Assembly: GCA_050257895.1 (NCBI GenBank)
Contig: JBLMXS010000401.1
Coordinates: 1 to 45,611 of the forward strand
Length of the DNA stretch: 45,611 bases
Direction of reading: 5' to 3'
Source: Thiohalocapsa sp.
GTDB taxonomy: Bacteria; Pseudomonadota; Alphaproteobacteria; ATCC43930; CGMCC-115725
Shown: positions 18,849 through 27,258 of the stretch, one piece after another
Layout of the letters: each line of letters begins with the position of its first letter
Position numbering within the stretch: the stretch's first letter is position 1
Translations under genes and position numbers: made by a program
The notes under the pieces: generated by a model
Told to the model about the DNA's origin: nothing
Seen by the model: the letters and a program-made list of their open reading frames with translations, nothing else
Database searches by the model: none

Positions 18849-18904
18849 CCCCCTCACCCTGTCCCCTCACCCCGCAAGCGGGGGGAGGGGGCAGGGTGAG
18901 GGGG
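18849..18904. repeat. REP-like long hairpin, family B (CCCTC..CCCCGCAAGCGGGG..GAGGG)
   Basis: The 20-nt arm ccccctcaccctgtcccctc pairs with gagggggcagggtgaggggg (one mismatch) around an inner CCCCGC-aa-GCGGGG hairpin. Related copies lie at 25096-25210 and 40961-41052. Confidence 0.8.
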
Positions 18905-18918
18905 ACTCTGCAAAGCGG

Positions 18919-19293
18919 TTACGGCTTGGTCTTGAAGTCGTATTGGCAGCTCGGCGAGAGGATCGTCGCGGCGACGCTGCTGCCGCGGATGCGTCCGGTC
19001 ATCTTGACGACGCCTTTGTGCGCCCGCGCCGTCGCGCTGATGACGCCGTTCCGGTCGACGCTGCCGACGAGCATCGTGCTGAAGCGCGGCGTATAGAGAA
19101 AGCGCACCTGGTTCTGCGCCACCGTCAGCGGGTAGAGCGAGCCGAGCGGCGGCTTGCTGCAGTCGCCCTGGATGACCCTGACGAGCGTCAGCTCGCCGAC
19201 ATACTGCCCGTCGAAGGCCCCCGCCCCCTGCGCCATCGCGGCGCCCGCCGATATGCCGGCGAACAGCAGGCCCAGCCCCAGCAATCGTCTCAT
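18919..19293 (-). CDS. small secreted hypothetical protein (124 aa, signal peptide, 2 Cys)
   Basis: MRRLLGLGLLFAGISAGAAMAQGA is a signal peptide. The codon bias matches its neighbours. I recognise no family. Confidence 0.6.
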   Translation of the reverse strand: MRRLLGLGLLFAGISAGAAMAQGAGAFDGQYVGELTLVRVIQGDCSKPPLGSLYPLTVAQNQVRFLYTPRFSTMLVGSVDRNGVISATARAHKGVVKMTGRIRGSSVAATILSPSCQYDFKTKP

Positions 19294-19358
19294 GTGCGCG
19301 CTTTCCCTGCCGGTTGCCGCGGCAGGGTAGCAAGCGGCGTGGTCGTGGGGGAAGCGCG

Positions 19359-20375
19359 TCAGGCTTGGCGGCTATTGCGGCCGGCGATTGCCTGCAGGCG
19401 GTCGTGGACGAGGCGGTCGATGTCGAGGCCTTCGTGCTTGAGGCGCTCGCGGTTGCGCGCCGATTGCTCGCCGGGGATGCGGATCTCGCGGAAGCCTGGC
19501 AGCGGCGGCACCGCCTTGACGCGGGCGATTAGCGCCGCCAGCTCGCGTTTCAAGTCCTCCAGCGGCACCAGCAGATCGGGGCGGAAGGCGATGAACAAAT
19601 AGCCGTCGTCGTTGCCGGGGATGGTGGCGGCGCCGCCGACCAGCCCGAACGCGGCGACGATCAGCCCGAGCCCGAACCCCTTGTAGCCGCCTTCCGGCCC
19701 GCCGAACGGCAAGATCGCGCCGCGCCTTGCCGCGTCGGCATCGCGCGTCGGGCGGCCGTCATGGTCGATCGCCACGCCTTCCGGCAGCGGCTGGCCGAGC
19801 CGCGCCCGCAACTGCAATTCGGTCGCCATGAAGGCCGAGGTGCCGATGTCGAGCACCAGCGGGCCGTCGGCGCCGGGAAAGGCAAACGCGATCGGGTTGG
19901 TGCCGAGCGCCGGCCTGGCGCCGCCGAACGGGGCGACGGCGGCGCCGCTGCTCGCCGTGTGGATCGCGACGAGACCCTCCCGCGCGATCATCTCGACAAA
20001 ATAGGCGCTGCGCCCGCTCATCCAGCTGTCGGTGACGCCGATGACGCTGATCCCATGCGCCGCGGCTTTGGCGATCGCGGCCTTGGCGGCGTGGTACATC
20101 GCCAGCATCCCGACATTGTTGCCGCCGTCGTAGAGTGCCGACACCGCCGTCTCGTGCAGCACCCGCATCGGTCGCCGCGGCTGCGCGAAGCGGCGGTGCT
20201 CGGGGATGTTGAGGAGCTTTGCCAAGCCCGAATATTCATAGCCGCATAATGCCGCGTCGATGACGTGGTCGGTGATGATGCGCGCCTCCTCGGCATCGTA
20301 GCCGATCGCGCGCATCGCCCGCTCCCCCAGCTCGCGCGCCTCTTCGACACCCAGATGCATGCGGTCGGAGGGCAT
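19359..20375 (-). CDS. Ldh_2 family (malate/L-lactate/sulfolactate dehydrogenase-type) oxidoreductase
   Basis: MPSDRMHLGVEEARELGERAMRAIGY..., HVIDAALCGYEYSG, GARPALGTNPIAFAFP. The ATG at 20375 is preceded by AGGAAAGGA. Confidence 0.8.
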   Translation of the reverse strand: MPSDRMHLGVEEARELGERAMRAIGYDAEEARIITDHVIDAALCGYEYSGLAKLLNIPEHRRFAQPRRPMRVLHETAVSALYDGGNNVGMLAMYHAAKAAIAKAAAHGISVIGVTDSWMSGRSAYFVEMIAREGLVAIHTASSGAAVAPFGGARPALGTNPIAFAFPGADGPLVLDIGTSAFMATELQLRARLGQPLPEGVAIDHDGRPTRDADAARRGAILPFGGPEGGYKGFGLGLIVAAFGLVGGAATIPGNDDGYLFIAFRPDLLVPLEDLKRELAALIARVKAVPPLPGFREIRIPGEQSARNRERLKHEGLDIDRLVHDRLQAIAGRNSRQA

Positions 20376-20470
20376 TGGTCGGTCCTTTCCTGATACACTC
20401 GTGGCGCGGCTGCAGCCGGAGGCCCAGCCGGTGATGCGCAACCATATCCACGAAGCGGGGAGAACGGCAG

Positions 20471-21223
20471 ATGGATCTGAATGGCGCGGTGGCGTTGGTG
20501 ACCGGCGGCAATGGCGGGCTCGGGCAACGCATCTGCCATCATCTGGCGCAAGAGGGCGTGCATGTCGCGGTGATGTATGCGCAGAGCCGGGACGCCGCCG
20601 AGGGCGTCGCGCACGATCTCGCCTCGCGCCATCAGGTGGGCGCCGCCGCCGTGCAATGCGACATCACCGACAGCGCCGCCGTCGAGCGGGTGGTCGGCGA
20701 GGTGACGGCGCGGTTCGGGCGGCTCGACATCCTCGTCAACGACGCCGCCTACAACAAGGCGATCCCGTTCCCCGATCTCGACAGCCTGACGATGGAGGTG
20801 TGGGACAGGATCATCGACGTCAATCTGACCGGGCCGATGCGCCTCATCAAGGCGGCGGCGCCGGCGATGAAGGCGCAGGGGCAGGGGCGCATCGTCAACA
20901 TCTCGTCGGTGTCCGGGATCGGGCCGACCGGCTCGTCGATCGCCTATGCCGTGTCAAAAGCCGGCCTCGTGCACCTGACGCGCTGCATGGCGGTGGCCTT
21001 GGCGCCGTCGGTGCTCGTCAACTGCGTCGCGCCGGGCCTCCTCGAAGGCACCCGCGCCACGGCCAATCTGCGGCGCGAGCAGATCGAGAATTCCGCCGCC
21101 ACCGCGATCCTCAAAAAGCCGGCCGACAAGGATGATTGCGCCGATATGGTGGTCACGATGTGCCGCACCGACACGATGACCGGCCAGACCGTCGTCATCG
21201 ATTCCGGCCGCTATTTCCACTGA
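20471..21223 (+). CDS. SDR family oxidoreductase (FabG-like)
   Basis: ALVTGGNGGLGQ (TGxxxGxG), NDAA, S...YAVSKAG (the YxxxK catalytic motif). Divergent from the Ldh_2 gene. Confidence 0.9.
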   Translation: MDLNGAVALVTGGNGGLGQRICHHLAQEGVHVAVMYAQSRDAAEGVAHDLASRHQVGAAAVQCDITDSAAVERVVGEVTARFGRLDILVNDAAYNKAIPFPDLDSLTMEVWDRIIDVNLTGPMRLIKAAAPAMKAQGQGRIVNISSVSGIGPTGSSIAYAVSKAGLVHLTRCMAVALAPSVLVNCVAPGLLEGTRATANLRREQIENSAATAILKKPADKDDCADMVVTMCRTDTMTGQTVVIDSGRYFH

Positions 21224-21334
21224 CGCGTTGCAGTCGCGACCTGCGTCCTTCGAGAGGGCGCGGAGCCTGTCCCTCGGGCCCGCCGGAAGCCGGACCCGTG
21301 AAGCAGCGATACGGCGAACTTCAGATTGGCGACA

Positions 21335-21493
21335 CTAGCTTTCGCCGCGATGCGGGTCCTTCCCGGCGGCTTGGCTGCTGCGCTTTGGCTGTTCCGCCTC
21401 GGCCTTGCGGCCGCCGGCGCGGTTGCCGCCATGCTCGCCGTGGCTGTCGGGCTTGTCGGGCGGGGCGCTCTTGCCCTTGTGATCCTTCGCCAT
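21335..21493 (-). CDS. small hydrophilic Lys/Gly/His-rich protein (52 aa)
   Basis: The ATG at 21493 is preceded by GGAGG at 5-nt spacing. [52 protein letters not shown] uses the host-preferred GC3 codons (AAG, GAC, GGC, GCC). Confidence 0.5.
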   Translation of the reverse strand: MAKDHKGKSAPPDKPDSHGEHGGNRAGGRKAEAEQPKRSSQAAGKDPHRGES

Positions 21494-21591
21494 GAAGCCT
21501 CCGTCAGGACCAGGCCCCGGCGTGACTTCCCGGGGTTGCTGACACAACACGGGGCTCCCCGCGGCGGTTCCTGCGGCCGGTTCCGGCGCCG

Positions 21592-21843
21592 CTACTGGCA
21601 CGCCTTGGCGTCGGCGACGGCTTCGGTGAAGGCGTCGTGGGCGTCGTCGAGCGCCTGCATTTCGGCCGCGCAGTCGCTGCGCGTCGCGCTCGACGATACG
21701 CAGCTTTCGTAGTTGCGCGCCGCCTCCAGCGCCCTTCTGGCCGCGGCGGCGAAACGATCGGCGGCGCTGGCGCAATCGGCAAGCTGCGCGTTCGGCGCGG
21801 TCAGCAACGCCAGCACGAGAAGGCCGGCACAGAGGCTGGACAC
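21592..21843 (-). CDS. small exported Cys-containing helical protein (about 83 aa)
   Basis: The GTG at 21843 gives VSSLCAGLLVLALLTAPNAQ, a signal-like segment. The mature part has 4 Cys (LADCAS...YESCVSS...RSDCAAE...AKACQ). The longer track start (21942) would overlap the rpsT start and promoter. Confidence 0.45.
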   Translation of the reverse strand: MSSLCAGLLVLALLTAPNAQLADCASAADRFAAAARRALEAARNYESCVSSSATRSDCAAEMQALDDAHDAFTEAVADAKACQ

Positions 21844-21882
21844 GCGCGGGGGCTCCGTCGGAAGGGAGTGGCGAGCGCGCAG

Positions 21883-21911
21883 TTGACGCTCGCCTTCAGC
21901 GCCGATATAAG
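21883..21911 (+). promoter_or_regulatory. sigma70-type promoter candidate for rpsT (TTGACG-N17-TATAAG)
   Basis: The -35 TTGACG lies at 21883-21888 and the -10 TATAAG at 21906-21911, with a 17-nt spacer. It sits about 30 nt upstream of the rpsT ATG. Confidence 0.5.
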
Positions 21912-21940
21912 CCCGCCTTTGGCGTTTCCAACGACCGAGC

Positions 21941-22201
21941 ATGCCGCATCATAAATCAGCCGAGAAACGGCTTCGCCAGACCGAAAAGCGCACCGTCATC
22001 AACCGCGCCCGCCTGAGCCGCGTCCGCACCTTCGTCAAAAAGGTCGAGACGGCGATCGCGACCGGTGACAAGGCGGCGGCGCAATCGGCCTTTCAGCTCG
22101 CCCAGCCCGAGCTGCACCGGGCTACCACCAAAGGCGTGCTGCACAAGAATACCGTCGCGCGCAAGCTGTCGCGCCTCGCCAGCCGCATCAATACCCTCTG
22201 A
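21941..22201 (+). CDS. rpsT: 30S ribosomal protein S20
   Basis: 86 aa and basic. [32 protein letters not shown]...[16 protein letters not shown] is the typical S20 pattern. Confidence 0.95.
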   Translation: MPHHKSAEKRLRQTEKRTVINRARLSRVRTFVKKVETAIATGDKAAAQSAFQLAQPELHRATTKGVLHKNTVARKLSRLASRINTL

Positions 22202-22217
22202 TTTCGTAGGTATGCCT

Positions 22218-22263
22218 GGACCGCCGGCCCCTGGCCGGCATGCCGGCGGGACGCCGGCGGTCC
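22218..22263 (+). terminator. GC-rich compound hairpin downstream of rpsT (no T-tract)
   Basis: GGACCGCCGGC (22218-22228) pairs with GCCGGCGGTCC (22253-22263) and encloses the palindrome gccggcatgccggc. No U-run follows, so terminator function is uncertain. Confidence 0.35.
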
Positions 22264-22608
22264 AACCACTCCAGTATACGGGTGGGACCCCGCGGTCCGA
22301 TCGGTGCATCGATGATCGCGCCGCGAGGCTGCGCCTAAGTTTCTGCGGGGTTGTGGGGCTCTCGTGAAAATTGTGCGGCGTTCCTGTTTCGTCCCGTTGC
22401 CATAATCCTGCCATGTGGCTAAAGTTTGCAGCAACGGCGGCGCAGAACTCCGCCGTGTTCTTGTAGATCTCGATCGATACAAGTATTCGATAAATAACCA
22501 TGCCGGACGTAACGGCGTCTGGTTATGGTGTTACTCGACGATAATAGGTCAGCGCATGAGGTGCTATTATGGCATAGCGGTTGCAGGTCCAGTCGCACTT
22601 TGGCTTTG

Positions 22609-24093
22609 ATGAAGCAAGAAAAGCTTTACTTTTGGGGGGAGAGTGCGGTGGGAGAGCCAGCTCGACGCGGCACGGAAGAGGTCGTGCGCCCCGGCTTGGG
22701 CGACTGGGCAGTGGGCGAATGGGCCCGCGTTCTGGGCCATCTCAAGGATGAGGTCGGCGAGACGGCCTTCCGCGCCTGGCTGCAATCGCTGCGTGTCGAG
22801 GGCATCGCCGATGGCGAGGCGACGGTCGCCGCGCCGACGCGCTTTCTGCGCAATTGGGTGGCCACCCATTATGCCGGCCGCCTCCTGGAATTGTGGCGGG
22901 CAGAGAACCCGGCGGTCGAGCGGCTGTCCTTGATCGTCGACCCGCAGACCGTCGCGGTGCCGCGCCTGTCGGAGCCGGCCGCGGAGCCGGCCTCAGTACC
23001 GGTGCTGGGGGCGGAACCGGCCAACCCCGTCGAGTTCGGCGACGACAAAGGCCAGCTCTCGGCGGCGCTCGATCCGCGCTTCACCTTCGACAATTTCATC
23101 GTCGGCAAGCCGAACGAGCTGGCGCACGCCGCCGCACGCCGGGTTGCCGAAGCCTGCGCCAGCGCGGTTCACACCGTGCCGTTCAACCCGCTCTTCCTCT
23201 ATGGCGGCGTCGGCCTCGGCAAGACCCATCTGATGCACGCGATTGCCTGGCATGTCCGCCTGCAGGCCCCGTCCCGCAAGGTGATCTACCTGTCGGCCGA
23301 AAAATTCATGTACCAGTTCATCCGCGCATTGCGGTTCCGCTCGACGATCGACTTCAAGGAGGAATTCCGCTCTGTAGATCTGTTGATGATCGACGATGTG
23401 CAATTCATCAGCGGCAAGGATTCGACCCAGGAGGAATTCTTCCACACCTTCAATGCGCTGGTCGACCAGAACCGCCAGATCGTCATCACCGCCGACAAGT
23501 CGCCGGCCGATCTGGCCGGTCTCGAGGAGCGCATGCGCTCGCGGCTCGGCTGGGGTCTGGCCGCCGATATCCACCCGACGACCTACGAATTGCGCCTCGG
23601 CATCCTGCAGTCGAAGGCCGAGCAGGGCGGACTGCGGCTGCCACAGAAGGTCATGGAGTTTCTCGCCCACAAAATTGTTTCAAATGTTCGCGAGCTGGAA
23701 GGAGCGCTTAACCGCATAGCGGCGCAGGCGCAGCTGGTCGGTCGCGAGATCACGCTGGAGGGCGCGCAGGAGCTGCTGCAGGACCTGCTGCGCGCCAACG
23801 AGCGGCGGGTGACGATCGACGAGATCCAGCGTCGCGTCGCCGAGCACTTCAACATCAAGATGGCGGAGATGACCTCGGCACGGCGGGCCCGAATCGTCGC
23901 CCGGCCGCGCCAGGTCGCGATGTACCTGGCAAAGCAGCTGACCCAGCGCTCGCTGCCGGAGATCGGCCGCAAGTTCGGCGGCCGTGACCACACCACGGTG
24001 ATGCACGCGGTGCGCAAGATCGAGGAATTGCTGGCCAGCGATCGGGCGCTCAGCGAGGATGTCGAGCTGTTGCGCCGCATGCTGCAGAGCTGA
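22609..24093 (+). CDS. dnaA: chromosomal replication initiator DnaA
   Basis: Walker A GGVGLGKTHLMHAI, LLMIDDVQF, the sensor region, and the C-terminal DNA-binding helix RPRQVAMYLAKQLTQRSLPEIGRKFGGRDHTTVMHA. The start is uncertain: ATG 22609, or GTG 22648 preceded by GGGGGAGAG. Confidence 0.93.
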   Translation: MKQEKLYFWGESAVGEPARRGTEEVVRPGLGDWAVGEWARVLGHLKDEVGETAFRAWLQSLRVEGIADGEATVAAPTRFLRNWVATHYAGRLLELWRAENPAVERLSLIVDPQTVAVPRLSEPAAEPASVPVLGAEPANPVEFGDDKGQLSAALDPRFTFDNFIVGKPNELAHAAARRVAEACASAVHTVPFNPLFLYGGVGLGKTHLMHAIAWHVRLQAPSRKVIYLSAEKFMYQFIRALRFRSTIDFKEEFRSVDLLMIDDVQFISGKDSTQEEFFHTFNALVDQNRQIVITADKSPADLAGLEERMRSRLGWGLAADIHPTTYELRLGILQSKAEQGGLRLPQKVMEFLAHKIVSNVRELEGALNRIAAQAQLVGREITLEGAQELLQDLLRANERRVTIDEIQRRVAEHFNIKMAEMTSARRARIVARPRQVAMYLAKQLTQRSLPEIGRKFGGRDHTTVMHAVRKIEELLASDRALSEDVELLRRMLQS

Positions 24094-24149
24094 CCCCAGG
24101 GCTGACCGAGGGCCGACCGCGTCGGCGCTGCCCGAGACACCGACAAGCG

Positions 24150-25067
24150 ATGGCGCGCCCGATCATCATCGACACCGACCCGGGGATCGACGACGCCGTC
24201 GCGATCCTCCTGGCCTTGGCATCGCCAGAGCTGGAGGTGCTGGGCCTCGTCGCGGTCGCCGGCAACGTGCCGCTCGCGATCACCGCCCGCAATGCCGCCG
24301 CCATTCTCGAACTGGCGGGGCGCGGCGACATCCCGGTGCATGCCGGCTGCCCGCGCCCGCTCGGGCCCGATCGCCTCGCCGCGGAGCGCTCGCACGGCAA
24401 TGAGGGCCTCGGCGATCTCGTCCTGCCGGCGCCGGCGCGGATGCCGCGCTCGCAGCACGGCGTCGCGTGGCTGATCGAGAGGTTGCGCGGCGCCCGCCCG
24501 CGCAGCATCACGCTGTGCGCCTTGGGGCCGCTGACCAACATCGCGACGGCGCTGGTGATGGACCCCGGGATCGCCGCCGGCATCGCCGAGCTGGTGCTGA
24601 TGGGGGGCGGCAGCCGCGGCAACGTCACCCCCGCCGCCGAATTCAACATCCAGGCCGACCCGCAGGCGGCCGAGATCGTGTTCGACAGCGGCGTTGCGAT
24701 CACGATGGTGCCGCTCGACGTGACCCTGACGGTGCGCAGCACGCCCGAGCGGGTGGCATCGATCGCCGCGCTGGGGACGCGCTGCGGCGCTGCTGCGGCG
24801 CAGCTGCTCGGACGGCGCCGCGCCCTCGCCCAGCCGCCGATGCCGATGCACGATCCCTGCGTCATCGCGTATCTGCTGCAGCCGCAGGCGTTTGCCGCCC
24901 GCGACGTCAACGTCGCGATCGAGACCGGGCGCGGCGTGACGTTCGGCATGACGCTGATCGACTGGCAAGGCGTCAGCGGCCGGCCAGCCAACGCCCGCGT
25001 CCTCGAAACCGCCGATGCCGACGCGCTCTACCGCCTCCTCGCCGAACGCCTGGCGGCGCTGCCGTGA
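24150..25067 (+). CDS. nucleoside hydrolase (IUNH family)
   Basis: The N-terminal fingerprint is IIIDTDPGIDDAVAILLA. Length is 305 aa. Confidence 0.9.
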   Translation: MARPIIIDTDPGIDDAVAILLALASPELEVLGLVAVAGNVPLAITARNAAAILELAGRGDIPVHAGCPRPLGPDRLAAERSHGNEGLGDLVLPAPARMPRSQHGVAWLIERLRGARPRSITLCALGPLTNIATALVMDPGIAAGIAELVLMGGGSRGNVTPAAEFNIQADPQAAEIVFDSGVAITMVPLDVTLTVRSTPERVASIAALGTRCGAAAAQLLGRRRALAQPPMPMHDPCVIAYLLQPQAFAARDVNVAIETGRGVTFGMTLIDWQGVSGRPANARVLETADADALYRLLAERLAALP

Positions 25068-25095
25068 GCGCGCCTATGCCCCTCGCGCCGCTTTA

Positions 25096-25210
25096 GCGGG
25101 GAGAGGGAGGGGCCCATCGCGCAAGCGATGGGAGGGTGAGGGGCACGAGCGACGCCGCGTCCTATCGCCGAACAGCCCCTCTCCCTCTCCCCGCTCGCGG
25201 GGAGAGGGAG
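25096..25210. repeat. REP-like element, family B copy
   Basis: gcggggagagggaggggc (25096-25113) pairs with gcccctctccctctccccgc (25175-25194). A terminal CTCCCCGC-tc-GCGGGGAG hairpin follows. Confidence 0.7.
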
Positions 25211-25286
25211 ACCAGCTGCGCCGGAGGTTTTGCGGAGGCGATTTATGCCGCTACACTGCCCGCCTCATTAGTGCTGGAGGAATGCG

Positions 25287-25895
25287 ATGATCATCGAGAT
25301 GCGCACCTACCGCCTGAAGCCCGGCTCGATCCCGGAAGCCGAGAAACGGTTTGCCGAGGGCCTCACCGAACGCACCAAGGTGTCGCCGCTCGGCGCCTTC
25401 TTCCATACCGAAGTCGGCCCCCTGAACCGCATCATCCATTGCTGGCCGTATGACGACCTGGCGCACCGCACCCGGGTGCGCTCGCAGTCGATCCCGGGCT
25501 GGCCGCCGAAGATCCAGGAATTCATCGAGGAGATGGAGAGCAAGATCATCATCCCGGCGCCGTTCTCGCCGAAGCTGGAGCCGCGCCGGCTCGGCGGCCT
25601 CTACGAGATCCGCACCTACACAATGCTGCCGGGCACGGCGCCGCAGGTCAGCGAGCGCTGGGCCGAGCGCATCGAGGGGCGCACCAAGCTGTCGCCGCTC
25701 GCCTTCTGTGGCCACACCGAGCTCGGCAACCTCAACCAGTGGATCCACGTCTGGGCCTACAAGGACGCCGCCGACCGCTTCGCGACCCGCGACAAGGCGC
25801 GCGAGACCGGCGCCTGGCCGCCCGCCACCCGCGGCATGTTCGTCCGCCAGGAGAACATGCTGGTGGTGCCGGCGGAATTCTCGCCGCTGCACTGA
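25287..25895 (+). CDS. NIPSNAP family protein (two NIPSNAP repeats)
   Basis: MIIEMRTYRLKPG... and a second YEIRTYTMLPG... repeat. GGAGGA lies upstream of the ATG. Confidence 0.85.
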   Translation: MIIEMRTYRLKPGSIPEAEKRFAEGLTERTKVSPLGAFFHTEVGPLNRIIHCWPYDDLAHRTRVRSQSIPGWPPKIQEFIEEMESKIIIPAPFSPKLEPRRLGGLYEIRTYTMLPGTAPQVSERWAERIEGRTKLSPLAFCGHTELGNLNQWIHVWAYKDAADRFATRDKARETGAWPPATRGMFVRQENMLVVPAEFSPLH

Positions 25896-26019
25896 GGCCC
25901 CGCCCGAGCGCCGATGGCCGGGCCCGGATAAGACCGGCCGGCCATCGCGCCGCCCCGGCAAGGCTGTCGGCGCGGCCAGGGGCGGCTGATTGACGTGCCG
26001 TGTAGGCCAGGGGGCGGCG

Positions 26020-27030
26020 ATGCAAATCATCCATCCGGCGCCGCATCAGGCGGCGGCGATCGTCCAGGCGATGCACGCCGTCGTCACCGCCGAGGGCAGC
26101 ATTGCAGCCTTGCCGATCGAGTGCGAGACGATCGCCGCCATCGAGCGCCACCTGCTGCATCTCGAGGCGCCGCCGCCGCCGCCGGCGCCGACCCTGCCGG
26201 CCGATCTCGCGGGATCTCTGGACGACCCGGTGCTGCGCACCGAGACGATCCGCATCCTGGCGCTGCTGCCGGCCATCGATCAGCAGGTCAGGCCGGAGAA
26301 AATCGCGGTCGTCGAGCGGGCGGCAACGGCGCTTGGCGTGAACGATCGCGGCCTCGTCATCCTGCGGCAGGCGGCGCGGCGGCAGCTGCGGCGCATCGCG
26401 CTCGGCATGATGCGCCGCTCGGTGGCGCATTACTGGTCGCCGACCGGCAAGGCGCGGCTGCGCGACTGGCTCGACATGCTGCGCATTTTCATGCCGAAAA
26501 TCCCCGGCCTCTACCAGCTGTTGACCGACCGCACCTTGCTGGCGAGATACCGGGCGCTCGCGGCGCGGCCCGAGGCGACGCTCGGCCACCAGCTCTACCG
26601 CTTCTACCAGAAGCGCGGCTACCCGATGCCCGGCGAGCCGAACAGCTTTCCCGAAGGCTGGTCGAAGCACGAGGCCTACCACATCATCAGCGGCTACGAG
26701 ACCAGCCTGCAGGGCGAGATGCTCAACGCCGCGTTCAGCGGCGGCAACACCGAGATCTTGTGCATGGACCTGTTGCTGCTGACGCTGCTGCAGTTCCAGG
26801 CCGGATTGCAGATCATGCCGGGGCCGGCGCCGCGCGGCGAGTTGCGGCCGGACGCCTTCTTCCGCGCGGTGGCGCGCGGCATGGCGATGCAGGTCGACCT
26901 GTTGGAAGGGTGGGATCTGTGGTCGGCGGTCGATCTGCCGCTCGGCGAGCTGCGCCGCCGCTATGGCGTGCCGCCGCTGAGCGAGGAGGAGCGCCTCGCG
27001 TTGCAGCAATGCGACGCGCTGATCTCCTGA
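26020..27030 (+). CDS. hypothetical protein with Coq4-like C-terminal domain
   Basis: ATG 26020 is preceded by AGGGGG; the track start 25990 is TTG. HEAYHIISGYETSLQGE resembles the Coq4 HDxxH-x(10-13)-E metal motif. I do not recognise the N-terminal ~130 aa. Confidence 0.6.
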   Translation: MQIIHPAPHQAAAIVQAMHAVVTAEGSIAALPIECETIAAIERHLLHLEAPPPPPAPTLPADLAGSLDDPVLRTETIRILALLPAIDQQVRPEKIAVVERAATALGVNDRGLVILRQAARRQLRRIALGMMRRSVAHYWSPTGKARLRDWLDMLRIFMPKIPGLYQLLTDRTLLARYRALAARPEATLGHQLYRFYQKRGYPMPGEPNSFPEGWSKHEAYHIISGYETSLQGEMLNAAFSGGNTEILCMDLLLLTLLQFQAGLQIMPGPAPRGELRPDAFFRAVARGMAMQVDLLEGWDLWSAVDLPLGELRRRYGVPPLSEEERLALQQCDALIS

Positions 27031-27124
27031 CAGCTATGGCGCCAGGGCGATCTCCGATCAGACCTCATTATGCTTGTCAAGCCCGGCGATGACGTTGGAG
27101 TGGTGGAGTCGCATCACCCTTATC

Positions 27125-27205
27125 GGGATTGCTTCGTCGCTGCGCTCCTCGCAATGGCGGCCCTTTCCCTTTTTGGCGTCATTGCGAGCGAAGCGAAGCA
27201 ATCCC
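27125..27205. repeat. palindromic intergenic element, family C (GGGATTGCTTCG...CGCAATG / CATTGCGAGCGAAGCGAAGCAATCCC)
   Basis: Inverted arms at 27125-27156 and 27180-27205, lying between convergent genes. Confidence 0.75.
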
Positions 27206-27258
27206 GTTGCCGACGGGGACGGCGATTCAACCTCATCGAACCGCGCTCTAACGGCACG

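Noticed and set aside
18724-18918. Expected SOS (LexA) box upstream of recN
   Set aside because: I found no GAAC-N7-GAAC/GTTC-N7-GTTC site and no CTGT-N8-ACAG site in the gap. Only a family B hairpin and a TATACT -10-like hexamer are present, so no claim is made.
22202-22608. Possible oriC in the rpsT-dnaA spacer
   Set aside because: Only one DnaA-box-like site is seen, and there is no cluster of boxes or clear DNA-unwinding repeats. Alphaproteobacterial origins are usually located near hemE rather than dnaA. A dnaA promoter and operator is the simpler reading.
23583-27009. Long antisense ORFs 23583..24968, 24050..24991 and 25732..27009
   Set aside because: They overlap well-supported + strand genes (dnaA, nucleoside hydrolase, NIPSNAP, Coq4-like) and have Arg/Pro-rich shadow composition.
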